53,315 nucleotides of DNA from a virus. Its lineage: Duplodnaviria > Caudoviricetes. Under the pieces are notes generated by a model. The model was not told where the DNA came from and did not search any database. It saw nothing but the letters and a program-made list of their open reading frames with translations. The stretch covers positions 1 to 53,315 of IMG/VR virus record IMGVR_UViG_3300002855_000250; one strand, 5' to 3'. Made by a program: the position numbers and the translations under genes. The first letter of the stretch is position 1, and the number at the start of each line of letters is the position of its first letter. Shown piece by piece: positions 44,370-53,315 of this stretch.

Positions 44370-44574
44370 CTGGTTTTGTCACTCCCTCTGACGCCGCCGC
44401 TCCTCCCTGCTGATCGTCTGGAATAGAAGAAGAGACGACTTCTGTCGCCTCCTCTAAAAATCCCTTTTCTATCAGATAGTTGACGCGGTCAACATCATCA
44501 ACTGGGTACGTGCTACCCACTCGGTAATATTCACCTGTAATCCTGCAACGGAAATCTACAATGACATTGTTCAT
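44335..44574 (-). CDS. Small protein following the major capsid gene
   Basis: VI.DF....TG..Y..G..Y...R..YL..KGF. Confidence 0.65.
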   Translation of the reverse strand: MNNVIVDFRCRITGEYYRVGSTYPVDDVDRVNYLIEKGFLEEATEVVSSSIPDDQQGGAAASEGVTKPDAPKRKASTKD

Positions 44575-44575
44575 A

Positions 44576-45742
44576 TTAGACCGCCGCTACTTTCTTCACG
44601 CGTAGGAAGCCGTTTTGTGAAACGACATTTCCGCCCAAGAACACAGAACCGCGATGAGCGATCATCCCTTGCTGGAATTTGTAGTCGGTCGAACGTTGAA
44701 CGTCCATATCCGAGAAGATAGCCAGCATGTAATTAGACAGAGGACCATACGCCATGCTGTATGAATTAACAGGAGTTCCTGCGATAGAAACGGGCTTGCA
44801 CACGCTGTTGATGATAAAAGGAATGCTGTCAATTGTGCCGGTATTACCGTTCGTTACAATGTTATGGAACTTCTCGCCAGAAACTGTGCGCAGTTTGGAG
44901 AAAGCTTTCAAGTCTTTCTTGTTAAGAATGAGCACTGCAGCATCCTCAACATCCTCGTCTCCACCGAAGGAGAAAATGATCTCGTCAAGTGTTTCATTGT
45001 CGATTTTCGAAATTCCCAAATCAGTCGCAGCATCGATTGCAGTTGCAGCAGCAGTAAAGATACCAGCAAGATGGTTCGTGCTTCCGTCACCTACTAGGAT
45101 CTCACGAGTGATCTTCTTGCGCGTCGCAACAGTGATGCCTTTCATGACTTCTCCGTCATAATCAGCAGCCGGCAACTTATGAATTTCTTCGGAATCTTCT
45201 GCATACGCCGTAACCTTTGTTTTGGCGATTTGCGCTTTACCAAAAACGGGCTCAGCCGCAGCATAGTTTGCGCCTTCAGCTGTGTAGTCACCGGTCCCGT
45301 AGCCCTTAAGGTAAGGCTGTTCAAAGCTTTCTCCGCCGAGCAACGGTTTATGGGTGACTCGGTCGATAAGGCTGGACACTTCGTTGAAGGTTGGGCGAAT
45401 GTCGGAAGCTGTATGCTTCGGCATCACCACATTCGAAGATCCAACAGTAACGGAACGATTCTCTTTCAAAGCTTTACCGCGTTCTTCGGCAGCTTTCCGA
45501 GCTTCTTTGGCAGGGTCTGGAGTTACTTCTGGTGTGAAAGTGTCCACATGACGAGTTTCAACAGTTCCAGCGGTGATACCAGATGCGATAGCCTTGCGTT
45601 TCTCTCTATCAGCCAATCCCTTCTTCTCTGTTTCCAGAGCGCGCAGTTCTGTTTCCAATTCATCCAGGTTTACTTCTCCATCACCTTCAAGTAGAGCACG
45701 GATCTCTAATACTCTTGCTTCAATTTGTTGTAAACGATTCAT
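44576..45742 (-). CDS. HK97-fold major capsid protein with a delta domain
   Basis: Coiled-coil N-terminus, AEG, ILVGDG, STDYKF; GGAGG RBS. Confidence 0.92.
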   Translation of the reverse strand: MNRLQQIEARVLEIRALLEGDGEVNLDELETELRALETEKKGLADREKRKAIASGITAGTVETRHVDTFTPEVTPDPAKEARKAAEERGKALKENRSVTVGSSNVVMPKHTASDIRPTFNEVSSLIDRVTHKPLLGGESFEQPYLKGYGTGDYTAEGANYAAAEPVFGKAQIAKTKVTAYAEDSEEIHKLPAADYDGEVMKGITVATRKKITREILVGDGSTNHLAGIFTAAATAIDAATDLGISKIDNETLDEIIFSFGGDEDVEDAAVLILNKKDLKAFSKLRTVSGEKFHNIVTNGNTGTIDSIPFIINSVCKPVSIAGTPVNSYSMAYGPLSNYMLAIFSDMDVQRSTDYKFQQGMIAHRGSVFLGGNVVSQNGFLRVKKVAAV

Positions 45743-45760
45743 AGTTTTTAGTCCCTCCAA

Positions 45761-46393
45761 TTATTGAGTGAATGATTTTAAGAGCAACTTCCTACGCCGT
45801 TCAGCAGCTGCCGCCACTTCTTTCTCCTTCTCAATCTCCATCTCGAAGGCCGAACGCGCTGAAATGGAAGTAGTATCGTAAGCCGGAATATCCACGGCGG
45901 ACACATCGTAAACCTTTTTAATGCGCAGGATTGTACGAGTACGAGTCTCGGAATCGTAACTCGCTTCCTTGGTTGTGTAGGCGTAGCTCATTCGATCGAT
46001 GTAGCCGCCTCTGATTTCCTCGTACAGTTTGCGGCCTTCTTCAGTTCCATCGAGTCGTGCGCGAATAAAAAGACCCTTGGAGTCGATTTTCAACTCAAGA
46101 GTCTTGTTTCGAGTTCTGGCCATTACCTTGCCGCCGTGATTGTAATTGAATATCACGTCCGACATGTCAGCTTCAGCAAGTGCGGTAGCAGCAACTTTTT
46201 CTTTATATTGCATGTCGCTATACTCGTACAGGACGGTGGCCTCATTGAAACGAACTGCGTAACCCTCCACGTATAGAGCTTCCTCGCCATCCTCTCCATC
46301 AGTCAAGGCAGCTGCTCGAATCTCAAATTCAAATTCCCGAAACTCTCGATCCTTCCAGCGTTTCTCAGGTGTCGTCTCCATCGTCTTCGCCAT
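45761..46393 (-). CDS. HK97-family prohead protease
   Basis: VEGYA..F, YNH, D.KGL...A, MSYAY, DVSAVD.PAY..T. Confidence 0.92.
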   Translation of the reverse strand: MAKTMETTPEKRWKDREFREFEFEIRAAALTDGEDGEEALYVEGYAVRFNEATVLYEYSDMQYKEKVAATALAEADMSDVIFNYNHGGKVMARTRNKTLELKIDSKGLFIRARLDGTEEGRKLYEEIRGGYIDRMSYAYTTKEASYDSETRTRTILRIKKVYDVSAVDIPAYDTTSISARSAFEMEIEKEKEVAAAAERRRKLLLKSFTQ

Positions 46394-47609
46394 TTTCTTC
46401 ATCACCTCCCTTCACAGGCTCTTTCTTGGGTTTTTCTTTAACTGGTTTAGTGTCAACTGCCGCGGTGTCTAAACGCCTGATAAGCTCGTCACCGCCCTCA
46501 ACGGGAGCCATATTGAGTGCTTCCCGCCATTCATTTGGTGTCATTGCGCCGCGATCAACCATCTGCATTAGTTCTAGTTTTGTCTTGGCGCTTGCGTATT
46601 GCAGACGATTTGCTTCGTATACAATTTCATTTCCATGGGCTTGTTCGGTATCGGTGAACACCTTAGCGGTCAACTCTAGACCTAGCTGTAATGCGATAGG
46701 CTCGATGACCGATTCGTAAAATGAATTCCACTCATCTTCGCTGTAGTTGGACAAGACGATCTTTTCATTTGTCCCAAAATACTCATAGATGGCTTGCTTG
46801 ATTAAGGCCATTTGTTTAGCATCGATTATCTTTGGTTCACCGTTAAGGGGAGTGAAGTCTGCCTTAACGTCGGTTGCTGCCACTCCCCCGTTATTGCCGA
46901 CACCCATGTAATCACGTACAAAATCTTCCGTTTGTTTACGTCGATCATCCGGATTTAGATTCGTCGAGAATTTCAGGATCCCACGCACAAAGGCGGATGT
47001 CTTGATCGCGTTGATGATCCCTTGATTAGTTGCATGGATTAGTTCCAAAGTAGGCAATAGCGCAACTTCGTTTCCATCTCCGAACATCTCACTTGCATTA
47101 AAAAATCGACGTAGATGAACCACGTCGACATAGGGTATAGTGAGTATTTTTCCATTTCGAAGATTAAATTTTAGGTACACATCGGTTCCGTGTTCCTCTG
47201 CCTCCACTCGGCTATAATCGATCGGGTAGAAGCCTTCAACTTTCCCCGTCATCTCACTGCGGTAGATTAGGAAGAAGGAATTAGACCTCGAAAATAGCTG
47301 AGTGACTATTTTGTACATGAATGCGTAGGCATTCATCTTCGGATTCGGTCTGACGCTTAGCAGCCATTCAATTTCGCTATTCGCGTTTTGTATTTTTCCA
47401 TTCTTTCGTCGAATATGTTTAGGCTTCAGCTTGGCTGCATTTCGCGCAATTGCATCTAATGTCGAACGAACAATTGCGCTGGAATAAGCATCGTCACCAA
47501 ATGGTGTGAAAATCGGCGCATACCCATTCATGAATATGGATCGAACTGAAGAAGTTATGGCTTTTGCGAAGCGTCCAAATACCTTCTGAAATAACCCTGT
47601 TGGTTGCAA
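46365..47609 (-). CDS. HK97-family portal protein
   Basis: RPNP.M, VVHLR, MTPNEWR..LN.APV.GGD; TTG behind GGAGGTG. Confidence 0.92.
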   Translation of the reverse strand: MQPTGLFQKVFGRFAKAITSSVRSIFMNGYAPIFTPFGDDAYSSAIVRSTLDAIARNAAKLKPKHIRRKNGKIQNANSEIEWLLSVRPNPKMNAYAFMYKIVTQLFSRSNSFFLIYRSEMTGKVEGFYPIDYSRVEAEEHGTDVYLKFNLRNGKILTIPYVDVVHLRRFFNASEMFGDGNEVALLPTLELIHATNQGIINAIKTSAFVRGILKFSTNLNPDDRRKQTEDFVRDYMGVGNNGGVAATDVKADFTPLNGEPKIIDAKQMALIKQAIYEYFGTNEKIVLSNYSEDEWNSFYESVIEPIALQLGLELTAKVFTDTEQAHGNEIVYEANRLQYASAKTKLELMQMVDRGAMTPNEWREALNMAPVEGGDELIRRLDTAAVDTKPVKEKPKKEPVKGGDEENGEDDGDDT

Positions 47610-47622
47610 TGTATCACCTCCC

Positions 47623-49323
47623 TCAAATAAGCCCCATGTATTCTTCACGATGACGTTCGAGTGCTACATACGCATCCAAAAGAGCCGCAGTACCATCAAT
47701 TCTGCGGCGTTGGTTTTTACCTTTATGTGGCTGGATCGTTTGATTTTTTAAATCCAAGTCAATAGCCGTGTTTGATAAGCACCACTTATCGATCGGGTTA
47801 TTATTGTAATTGACCAACTTTGCAGAAAGGTCCGCACCTAAAAGCTTCATCGGTGCAGATAATGTTTGTTTTCCTTGTGCAACTGCCTCCATCGCATTCT
47901 TCCCAAAGTGACCTTCCATCTCTTCGACCCAATACAGAGCGGAATAGCGGTCATACCCTATCCATGGAATGTAAATACCTAATTCCGTTTGCACTTCCAC
48001 GAACCATTGTGTAACGAATTTGTGATGGACGCGATTACCTGGAGTTGTCCGCAATAAACCACGTCGATGCCATTGATCATATTTTATCTTATCCTCCTTG
48101 GTTCTCTGTTCTAGTAGATCCTCTGGAAGCCAGTACATCTGCAGGACGTAGATAGTCGGGTCGCCTTTACGCATCACTATTACTTTGGCAGCGGTGAGAT
48201 CAGTTGTATCAGATAAGTCCGTCCCGCCTATACCATAACGGAATCCCATTTCTTCAACCTTGAATGTCTTCTCGTTATTCAACTGCTCGAACGTCAACCA
48301 GGATTCTGTTGATGATTCGCGGACGTTAAAATCCTTGCAAAGTAAATTTGTTACAAGTTCCGGATTAGCCTTAGCTTTATTGACTTTCGTTTCGAGTTGA
48401 TCGGTTTTCTTAATCGTTCCTAATCCTGGATTAGCCTTAGGCCATGCAGCAGGGTCCGTCCATTCATCTCGTTTATCCAATTCGTAAATGATAGGCAGGA
48501 AGCGGTCGTCGTGGTAGCCCTCTGGATCATTAATGCCATTGAGCAGCATTTCTGCTTCATGGTATTTCATATCGTATACAGCTTCACGAACGGTGCCGGC
48601 CGTTGTGATCATGACGATCAACGGTTGCTCCCGCGAGCTCGTACCATCCACGATTACATCATAGAGGTTTTTATCCTTCCAAGCGTGTATCTCGTCCAAC
48701 AAGGCACCGCTAACGTTTAGCCCGTCTAGCGTCTCGCTGTCGGCTCCAAGCGGCTTAAATGAGCTGTCGTTCCAGTCACTCTTGAGCTCGGCCACAAGCG
48801 GCTTAATACGTTTGCGAAGCGATGGCGACTTGTTAACCATCCGTTTAGCTTCGAGCCATACGAGCTTCGCCTGATCCTTCTTCGTGGCGCATGCGTAAAC
48901 TTCGGCCCCAGGCTCACCGTCCGCGATTTGAAGGTATAAGCCAATACCAGAAGCAATAGTCGATTTACCGTTTTTTCTGGCAACAACTAAAAGGACCTCG
49001 CGATATTTGCGGGTCCCGTCAATTTTATGGATAAAGCCAAATGTAGCGGCGATGAATGCTTGTTGCCATAACTCTAAATCAATTGGCTTGCCGCCCCACT
49101 TACCTTTCGAGTGCTTGCAATAATTCTCAATAAACTCGATGGCATGATTCGCGCGGTTAGGGTCGTATTCGTATACCGACTTTTGGTTATATATATCAGC
49201 AGCAAGCTTTCGATATATTCGTCTAACCTTATCGCCAACTGTTACGTTTCCATTTTCAATCTGTGTCCAGTAAGCGAGTACTGGATTATGCGCTAATGGA
49301 TACTCCTTACGAAGCGCGCTCAT
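47623..49323 (-). CDS. terL: Terminase large subunit
   Basis: ARKNGKS, LLDEIH, ITTAG, KANP.LG, GTDLS, RIDG. Confidence 0.96.
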   Translation of the reverse strand: MSALRKEYPLAHNPVLAYWTQIENGNVTVGDKVRRIYRKLAADIYNQKSVYEYDPNRANHAIEFIENYCKHSKGKWGGKPIDLELWQQAFIAATFGFIHKIDGTRKYREVLLVVARKNGKSTIASGIGLYLQIADGEPGAEVYACATKKDQAKLVWLEAKRMVNKSPSLRKRIKPLVAELKSDWNDSSFKPLGADSETLDGLNVSGALLDEIHAWKDKNLYDVIVDGTSSREQPLIVMITTAGTVREAVYDMKYHEAEMLLNGINDPEGYHDDRFLPIIYELDKRDEWTDPAAWPKANPGLGTIKKTDQLETKVNKAKANPELVTNLLCKDFNVRESSTESWLTFEQLNNEKTFKVEEMGFRYGIGGTDLSDTTDLTAAKVIVMRKGDPTIYVLQMYWLPEDLLEQRTKEDKIKYDQWHRRGLLRTTPGNRVHHKFVTQWFVEVQTELGIYIPWIGYDRYSALYWVEEMEGHFGKNAMEAVAQGKQTLSAPMKLLGADLSAKLVNYNNNPIDKWCLSNTAIDLDLKNQTIQPHKGKNQRRRIDGTAALLDAYVALERHREEYMGLI

Positions 49324-49727
49324 CGTCTATTCACAAACTCATCGAACCCGTCATCCTTCGGTGTATTTCCACCGCCACCATCATCTCCTCTTGGAAGCAG
49401 GTCAGATAGTTGCTTGATGATCGATTGATAGTTTTTATTCAGTGTGTTGTAAAGACGGGCAACCGGTCGCTCTCGCTCGTATGCCGCCGTTTTCTCTGAT
49501 TGAGTGAACTGCTCGACATATCCATTTTCGAATAGGTCCATTTCGTACATTTCCAAAGTCACCCGCATGAATGCTGCACGGCGAATTAGACCGTCCGCAA
49601 TAACCATTTGATCTTCAGGTAACTTTCCGTATGTTTTGCGAAGTCTTTTCTCTTCGATAGTAACTTTCCGTTTAACCTCCCCTTTCTCGCGATTTTTTGC
49701 CTTCTGTTCGGCAGTCAATTTCGCCAT
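49320..49727 (-). CDS. terS: Terminase small subunit
   Basis: LI.RAAFM..TL...RP....YN...KNY..I.KQL; overlaps the terL start. Confidence 0.85.
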   Translation of the reverse strand: MAKLTAEQKAKNREKGEVKRKVTIEEKRLRKTYGKLPEDQMVIADGLIRRAAFMRVTLEMYEMDLFENGYVEQFTQSEKTAAYERERPVARLYNTLNKNYQSIIKQLSDLLPRGDDGGGGNTPKDDGFDEFVNRR

Positions 49728-49739
49728 GACATCACCTCA

Positions 49740-49860
49740 TTTCGGGTAGGGGGGTCTCGCGCGTGTCCTGTGTGTTATTTGAATGAGGCACAACGGTCTT
49801 ACCGAATGCAATTTTTTCGGTCGTAGAGGGGGGTACACTCACCCGAGCGCTTACCCCGTG
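49740..49860. other. Probable cos/packaging region
   Basis: Non-coding gap upstream of terS with C-runs (TACCCCCCTC, ACCCCCCTACCC on the minus strand); HNH plus HK97 head genes suggest cos packaging. Confidence 0.45.
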
Positions 49861-49927
49861 TTATTGCTTGTCCTGAATATATAACGCCTCTAAACTGCTC
49901 ACAGAGCGTCTGGTGATACGTTATCAA

Positions 49928-50146
49928 TCAAAGTTGATCTTCTTCTATCAGTCGATAAGATCGGCCATCTATGCGTGCAATCACATTGGCTTCTCCCTCG
50001 AATTCAACCTGATCAACCAAACGTTCCATAATCAGCACATTCGGTTCTCCAGCCTGAAGTTTTAGGGATGTAATGCCTGTTACCTTCTCACCATTAAGAA
50101 GAACTGTAGCAAAACCATGACCGTGAGATTTAATCTGCACATTCAT
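49928..50146 (-). CDS. Hypothetical protein
   Basis: 72 aa, GGAGG RBS, ATGA overlap. Confidence 0.6.
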   Translation of the reverse strand: MNVQIKSHGHGFATVLLNGEKVTGITSLKLQAGEPNVLIMERLVDQVEFEGEANVIARIDGRSYRLIEEDQL

Positions 50147-50364
50147 TGTCCGAACCCTCCACTGTAAACTGTTTTATCTGGCCCGTTAGCAAGGTCAACG
50201 CCGCCGATGTATTCTTTTCCATCAACCATAAAGAGAATCGGTTCGTCCATATTATTTCGTTTGAATTCATCCCACTGTCCTTCGTGGTTAACGGAATCTA
50301 TCATCTCCTCATTAACCCCAAATATCTTGTATACCTGTTCTTGTAATGCTGATTCGTTATTCAT
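50143..50364 (-). CDS. Hypothetical protein
   Basis: 73 aa, coupled. Confidence 0.55.
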   Translation of the reverse strand: MNNESALQEQVYKIFGVNEEMIDSVNHEGQWDEFKRNNMDEPILFMVDGKEYIGGVDLANGPDKTVYSGGFGQ

Positions 50365-50618
50365 AACTCATCACCATTCTCATCTCTCAAAGGGATTGAT
50401 ACCTTGTAAAATGGGTTTCCGCCTAGGTCTACGTTCTCCATTGAAGACTTCAACCCCAGATCCTTCTCGATGCTGTCGCATACTCTCTCTATGCGATCTT
50501 CACCAGCCTTGACGGTAATCATATTGCCATCACGCAGCTTAATGAGCCTATCTAGGTAATCCATCTTTCTTTCTACTTCCCAAGATTTTACGGTTAGTGG
50601 TTTGTTACCTGTCTCCAT
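50361..50618 (-). CDS. Hypothetical protein
   Basis: 85 aa, GGAG RBS. Confidence 0.55.
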   Translation of the reverse strand: METGNKPLTVKSWEVERKMDYLDRLIKLRDGNMITVKAGEDRIERVCDSIEKDLGLKSSMENVDLGGNPFYKVSIPLRDENGDEL

Positions 50619-50666
50619 CGTTATCTCTCCATTCGTTTGATTGTTTTAGGCATAATAAAAAGTCAC

Positions 50667-50807
50667 TCATCTGAGCAACTTTGATAATTTAACGTTAATC
50701 CAATCGACAAGCTTATTGATCCTCAATTCAGTGCAGACGATTAGAAGTAATCCTTTGACTGCCACCCCGAGTTCATGTGCTGCTTCAGAAGTGTTGGTTG
50801 GTTTCAT
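50667..50807 (-). CDS. 46-aa hypothetical protein (not in track)
   Basis: MKPTNTSEAAHELG...; AAGGAG RBS; flanked by two similar terminators. Confidence 0.5.
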   Translation of the reverse strand: MKPTNTSEAAHELGVAVKGLLLIVCTELRINKLVDWINVKLSKLLR

Positions 50808-50898
50808 TTCATTCGCTCCTTTGTTGCTTATTTTGGACAAAAGAAAAAGCCACTCATTTGAGTGACTCTTGCGTTAATGAATACTATCCTCGCAGTGC

Positions 50899-51030
50899 TT
50901 ATCTGTTGTATCTTCGATCATTGCATGCACTGTGATACATATCGCAACGAAGTGTGCCGTCGTCATCTCGAAGTTGCTCACACTCTGAACAACATGCGGC
51001 ATCTTCAACTGGCTTCTTACCGCCATCCAT
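50899..51030 (-). CDS. 43-aa Cys-rich protein (not in track)
   Basis: MDGGKKPVEDAACCSECEQ...RCDMYHSAC; AGGTGA RBS. Confidence 0.45.
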   Translation of the reverse strand: MDGGKKPVEDAACCSECEQLRDDDGTLRCDMYHSACNDRRYNR

Positions 51031-51334
51031 CAGTATCACCTACCTGAACGAGATTTCCTTCACCATCAAACATTAGTCCCTCAGCAACAACCGGTTCATG
51101 GCTGCCGTGATGCTCACCGTTGTGACAGTCTTGGCAAAGATACTCAAGTAATTCATGATTAAGCGATATGCTTGGATCGTTTATGTTCTGAGGTGTTAAA
51201 TATACTTTGTGGTGCAATATCTTACCCGGCTTTGGACATCTCTCACATAAGCCAAATACTTTCGCAATATACGATTCTCGGCACTTCTTCCATGCTACCG
51301 AGTTATACAGTCTCTTCGCAAATTCTTGAGCCAT
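51017..51334 (-). CDS. HNH endonuclease (packaging-associated)
   Basis: Y.S.AWKK.R...LCERC...HHK...LCQDCHNGEH; upstream of terS. Confidence 0.9.
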   Translation of the reverse strand: MAQEFAKRLYNSVAWKKCRESYIAKVFGLCERCPKPGKILHHKVYLTPQNINDPSISLNHELLEYLCQDCHNGEHHGSHEPVVAEGLMFDGEGNLVQVGDTDGWR

Positions 51335-51528
51335 CAGTAATTATCCGTAGCTCCACCGTTAATCTTGATCGTAATAGTCCGGGTTCCGTTCAATTTTATT
51401 TCCAACGGGTCGGTAAGGTCGCAACCATTTTCCATGTGAACCTCGTGTGAATGGCTTTCAATAATTAGCTCCCTAATATCAGACAACATATTTTCGAGTA
51501 TTCGTAAGTCAATCCCCGTTTTACTCAA
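51334..51528 (-). CDS. Hypothetical protein
   Basis: TTG behind AAGGGTGA. Confidence 0.6.
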   Translation of the reverse strand: MSKTGIDLRILENMLSDIRELIIESHSHEVHMENGCDLTDPLEIKLNGTRTITIKINGGATDNY

Positions 51529-51561
51529 AGTTTGATCACCCTTTCTAGCAAGCTCTTTGTT

Positions 51562-51888
51562 CTAATGTTCTAACTCTCGTTCTATATCCTCCATAACCAT
51601 CCTCATATGCAGATCCAAATCAGTTTGCGAAATCTCGTACTCATCACGGCGCCCGAATAGCGAATATTGATACCGTCTCTCTCCAATCGGATTATCTTGC
51701 ACACACATTTTATTTGCCCTCATGCTAGCCTTGGACTTATTTAGTTCGGCTACGATCATCCTGCCTAAAGCTTTGGCTGCCATTAGCGGGATGCCCTTTA
51801 CCCTTTCAACTTCTCTCTTCGCGTCCTCAAGTATCGTCAATAAGGCGATATGGCTTTTTAGAGAGATGATGGGATCAAAACCGTTCAT
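51562..51888 (-). CDS. Hypothetical protein under a LexA-box promoter
   Basis: ATG 51888 behind AAGGGTGA; SOS box upstream. Confidence 0.7.
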   Translation of the reverse strand: MNGFDPIISLKSHIALLTILEDAKREVERVKGIPLMAAKALGRMIVAELNKSKASMRANKMCVQDNPIGERRYQYSLFGRRDEYEISQTDLDLHMRMVMEDIERELEH

Positions 51889-51919
51889 TGAGATCACCCT
51901 TTGTTATTTTGGTGACCCT

Positions 51920-51949
51920 ATTATACACGAACGGTTGTTCTTATATCCA
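51920..51949 (-). promoter_or_regulatory. SigA promoter overlapped by a LexA/DinR SOS box
   Basis: TGGATA-18-TATAAT on the minus strand; CGAACGGTTGTTCT at 51928-51941 fits GAAC-N4-GTTC. Confidence 0.8.
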
Positions 51950-51985
51950 GTTCAACTGGTCGCAAGCCCTGCCTATAACCCCGCA

Positions 51986-52108
51986 CTAACCTCCACTCAA
52001 CTTCCTGTCAGCCCACTTCATAAACTTTTTGCACAAGCTCTCTACCTCGATAACAATTCCAGTAAGCAGAATTGCTAATCCGATTAAGTAAAAGATGACC
52101 GTATCCAC
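51986..52108 (-). CDS. Possible 40-aa membrane peptide
   Basis: GTG start, VIFYLIGLAILLTGIVI; weak RBS. Confidence 0.3.
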   Translation of the reverse strand: MDTVIFYLIGLAILLTGIVIEVESLCKKFMKWADRKLSGG

Positions 52109-52133
52109 GCCATTGGTTCCCATCCTTATCCCC

Positions 52134-53315
52134 TCACACGTAATGAATCCTCTTTACCGCATCCTTGCTATATTCAAATACCTGGAATCGTCTATGGGCT
52201 GTTGTATAGCCGTGATCGTCATGGTAATCGTCTATCTCATTTGCTGTTGGCATCCTTCTGATTACCGTTCCGCGTTTGTCTATTACTCGCTCATGGTGTA
52301 AATGTCCAGTTAGGATCTCCCTCGTCTTAGCTGTTGACCATTCAATAGGGAACTCTGTAGAGAAGTTTTCCGTCAGGTTTTCTTCCTTTTTCTTATCTCC
52401 ATGATTTACTCCAACAAAGTTAAGTCCTAGCATGTGGACTTTTCTTTCTTTGAAGCTTGTATCAAAATCTGCTTGAGGGAATTTCCCTTTTAGGTACTTA
52501 ACGAATGCCCATGACATCGATTCATCGTGGTTCCCTTTTGAGTACATGATTTTTGTTTTGCTCTTGTCTATTGCCTCTACAATGATCGGCTCGTAGAATC
52601 GCGCAGCATCTTCCCACGCCTTTTCCATGTCAATCTTGCCTATGTGTGTTCCGCTTGCTGTCTGCCCTCTAAAGTTATCTGTATGGAGGAGGTCTTGGCC
52701 TACGATTATGAGTATTTCTTTGAATCCTGTTTCGACTAGGTTTAATATCTCGGTTTGCGTGTTTTTATATGTGTCGTAGCTGCTTATACCGAAGTGCATA
52801 TCAAACAACGGTAAGTTTAGATACCTCTCCTCGCCCGTTGCTGTATGGTTTTGCTTTACGATCACACTCGGTATGTTGCTTAACTTCTCTATGAGGCTGT
52901 TCCAGTCGAAACCGTTTATTTTTGGTTTAACGGATATCTTACTAGAATAAAGTGTGCTGATGCCGTCTTGATCGCTTTTAACATTCCAGATGTTGCTTCT
53001 GGCGCTGATTAACTCCCATGATGCCGTGTCGTAGCCGTGAGCGCGTAAAAGGTAGTTGACATCCTTTGCTTGTTCGACTGACATATGCAGGAGTTTATTG
53101 GAACTATGGGAACCATCTGAATGAATCTCGACTGTTTCCTTAAACTTCTCTTCTGCAGGTTGCACTCTTTGCTTCCGTGTTTGATTCCTGACCCACAAGC
53201 GAAACTCTTCGCCGCTCTTAAACTTTCCGCTCTTTGCAGCGAGTGATTCCCAACTTTCCGAGATTTCTTTGTTTCGCTTCTTGATGCCGATATCGAGGAG
53301 CTCCTGTTGATTCAT
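52134..53315 (-). CDS. Calcineurin-like metallophosphoesterase with an N-terminal extension
   Basis: DMHFG, GQDLLH, GNHD, HGD, GHLHH. Confidence 0.85.
   Translation of the reverse strand: MNQQELLDIGIKKRNKEISESWESLAAKSGKFKSGEEFRLWVRNQTRKQRVQPAEEKFKETVEIHSDGSHSSNKLLHMSVEQAKDVNYLLRAHGYDTASWELISARSNIWNVKSDQDGISTLYSSKISVKPKINGFDWNSLIEKLSNIPSVIVKQNHTATGEERYLNLPLFDMHFGISSYDTYKNTQTEILNLVETGFKEILIIVGQDLLHTDNFRGQTASGTHIGKIDMEKAWEDAARFYEPIIVEAIDKSKTKIMYSKGNHDESMSWAFVKYLKGKFPQADFDTSFKERKVHMLGLNFVGVNHGDKKKEENLTENFSTEFPIEWSTAKTREILTGHLHHERVIDKRGTVIRRMPTANEIDDYHDDHGYTTAHRRFQVFEYSKDAVKRIHYV

Larger units (their letters stand above)
1..53315. mobile_element. Temperate siphovirus prophage/genome (HK97-type head, non-contractile tail, serine integrase)
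   Basis: Contiguous integrase, lysogeny, replication, packaging, head, tail and lysis modules; no host housekeeping operon; att sites lie outside the window. Confidence 0.96.

Noticed and set aside
29061-49296. Numerous plus-strand ORFs in the structural region
   Set aside because: Antisense shadows of well-supported minus-strand genes; Ser-rich, with no motifs or evident RBS
50143-50364. GGVDLA...D.T resembling a terminase nuclease motif
   Set aside because: The ORF is only 73 aa and an intact TerL exists; too short to call a pseudogene
1-53315. attL/attR, tRNA or rRNA genes, introns or inteins
   Set aside because: The window is trimmed to gene ends with no terminal repeats; no cloverleaf was noticed; TerL and the helicase have normal lengths

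Overview
The window is an essentially complete temperate siphovirus genome or prophage from a spore-forming Bacillales host, most likely Paenibacillaceae, judged from the DnaN sequence, the copper-amine-oxidase 'stalk' domains and the stand-alone LytTR gene. It begins exactly at the stop codon of a large serine recombinase and ends exactly at the ATG of a metallophosphoesterase, so the att sites are not visible. Read in the main (minus-strand) direction, the order is: metallophosphoesterase; a LexA-box gene; HNH, TerS, TerL and an HK97-type head; a non-contractile tail with a -1 frameshifted chaperone; a beta-helix tailspike; holins and a three-domain endolysin; a plus-strand accessory block (FtsK-like ATPase, replication-relaxation protein, hammerhead ribozyme, secreted protein); XRE/LytTR regulators and the CI/Cro switch; a sporulation-type sigma factor; YqaJ/RecT; a lambda-O-like initiator with four iterons, loader, DnaB-family helicase and RuvC; a full-length DnaN clamp; a PP-loop/PAPS-reductase-like enzyme, a C5 methyltransferase with an overprinted second ORF, an SF2 helicase and an N4/N6 methyltransferase; then ArpU, a candidate RDF and the integrase. 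The strongest leads are (1) the phage clamp together with several neighbouring proteins carrying clamp-binding motifs, (2) the overprinted EcoHK31I-beta-like ORF, and (3) an atypical hammerhead ribozyme abutting the FtsK/relaxation operon. All family calls come from motif recognition by eye; no database searches were run.
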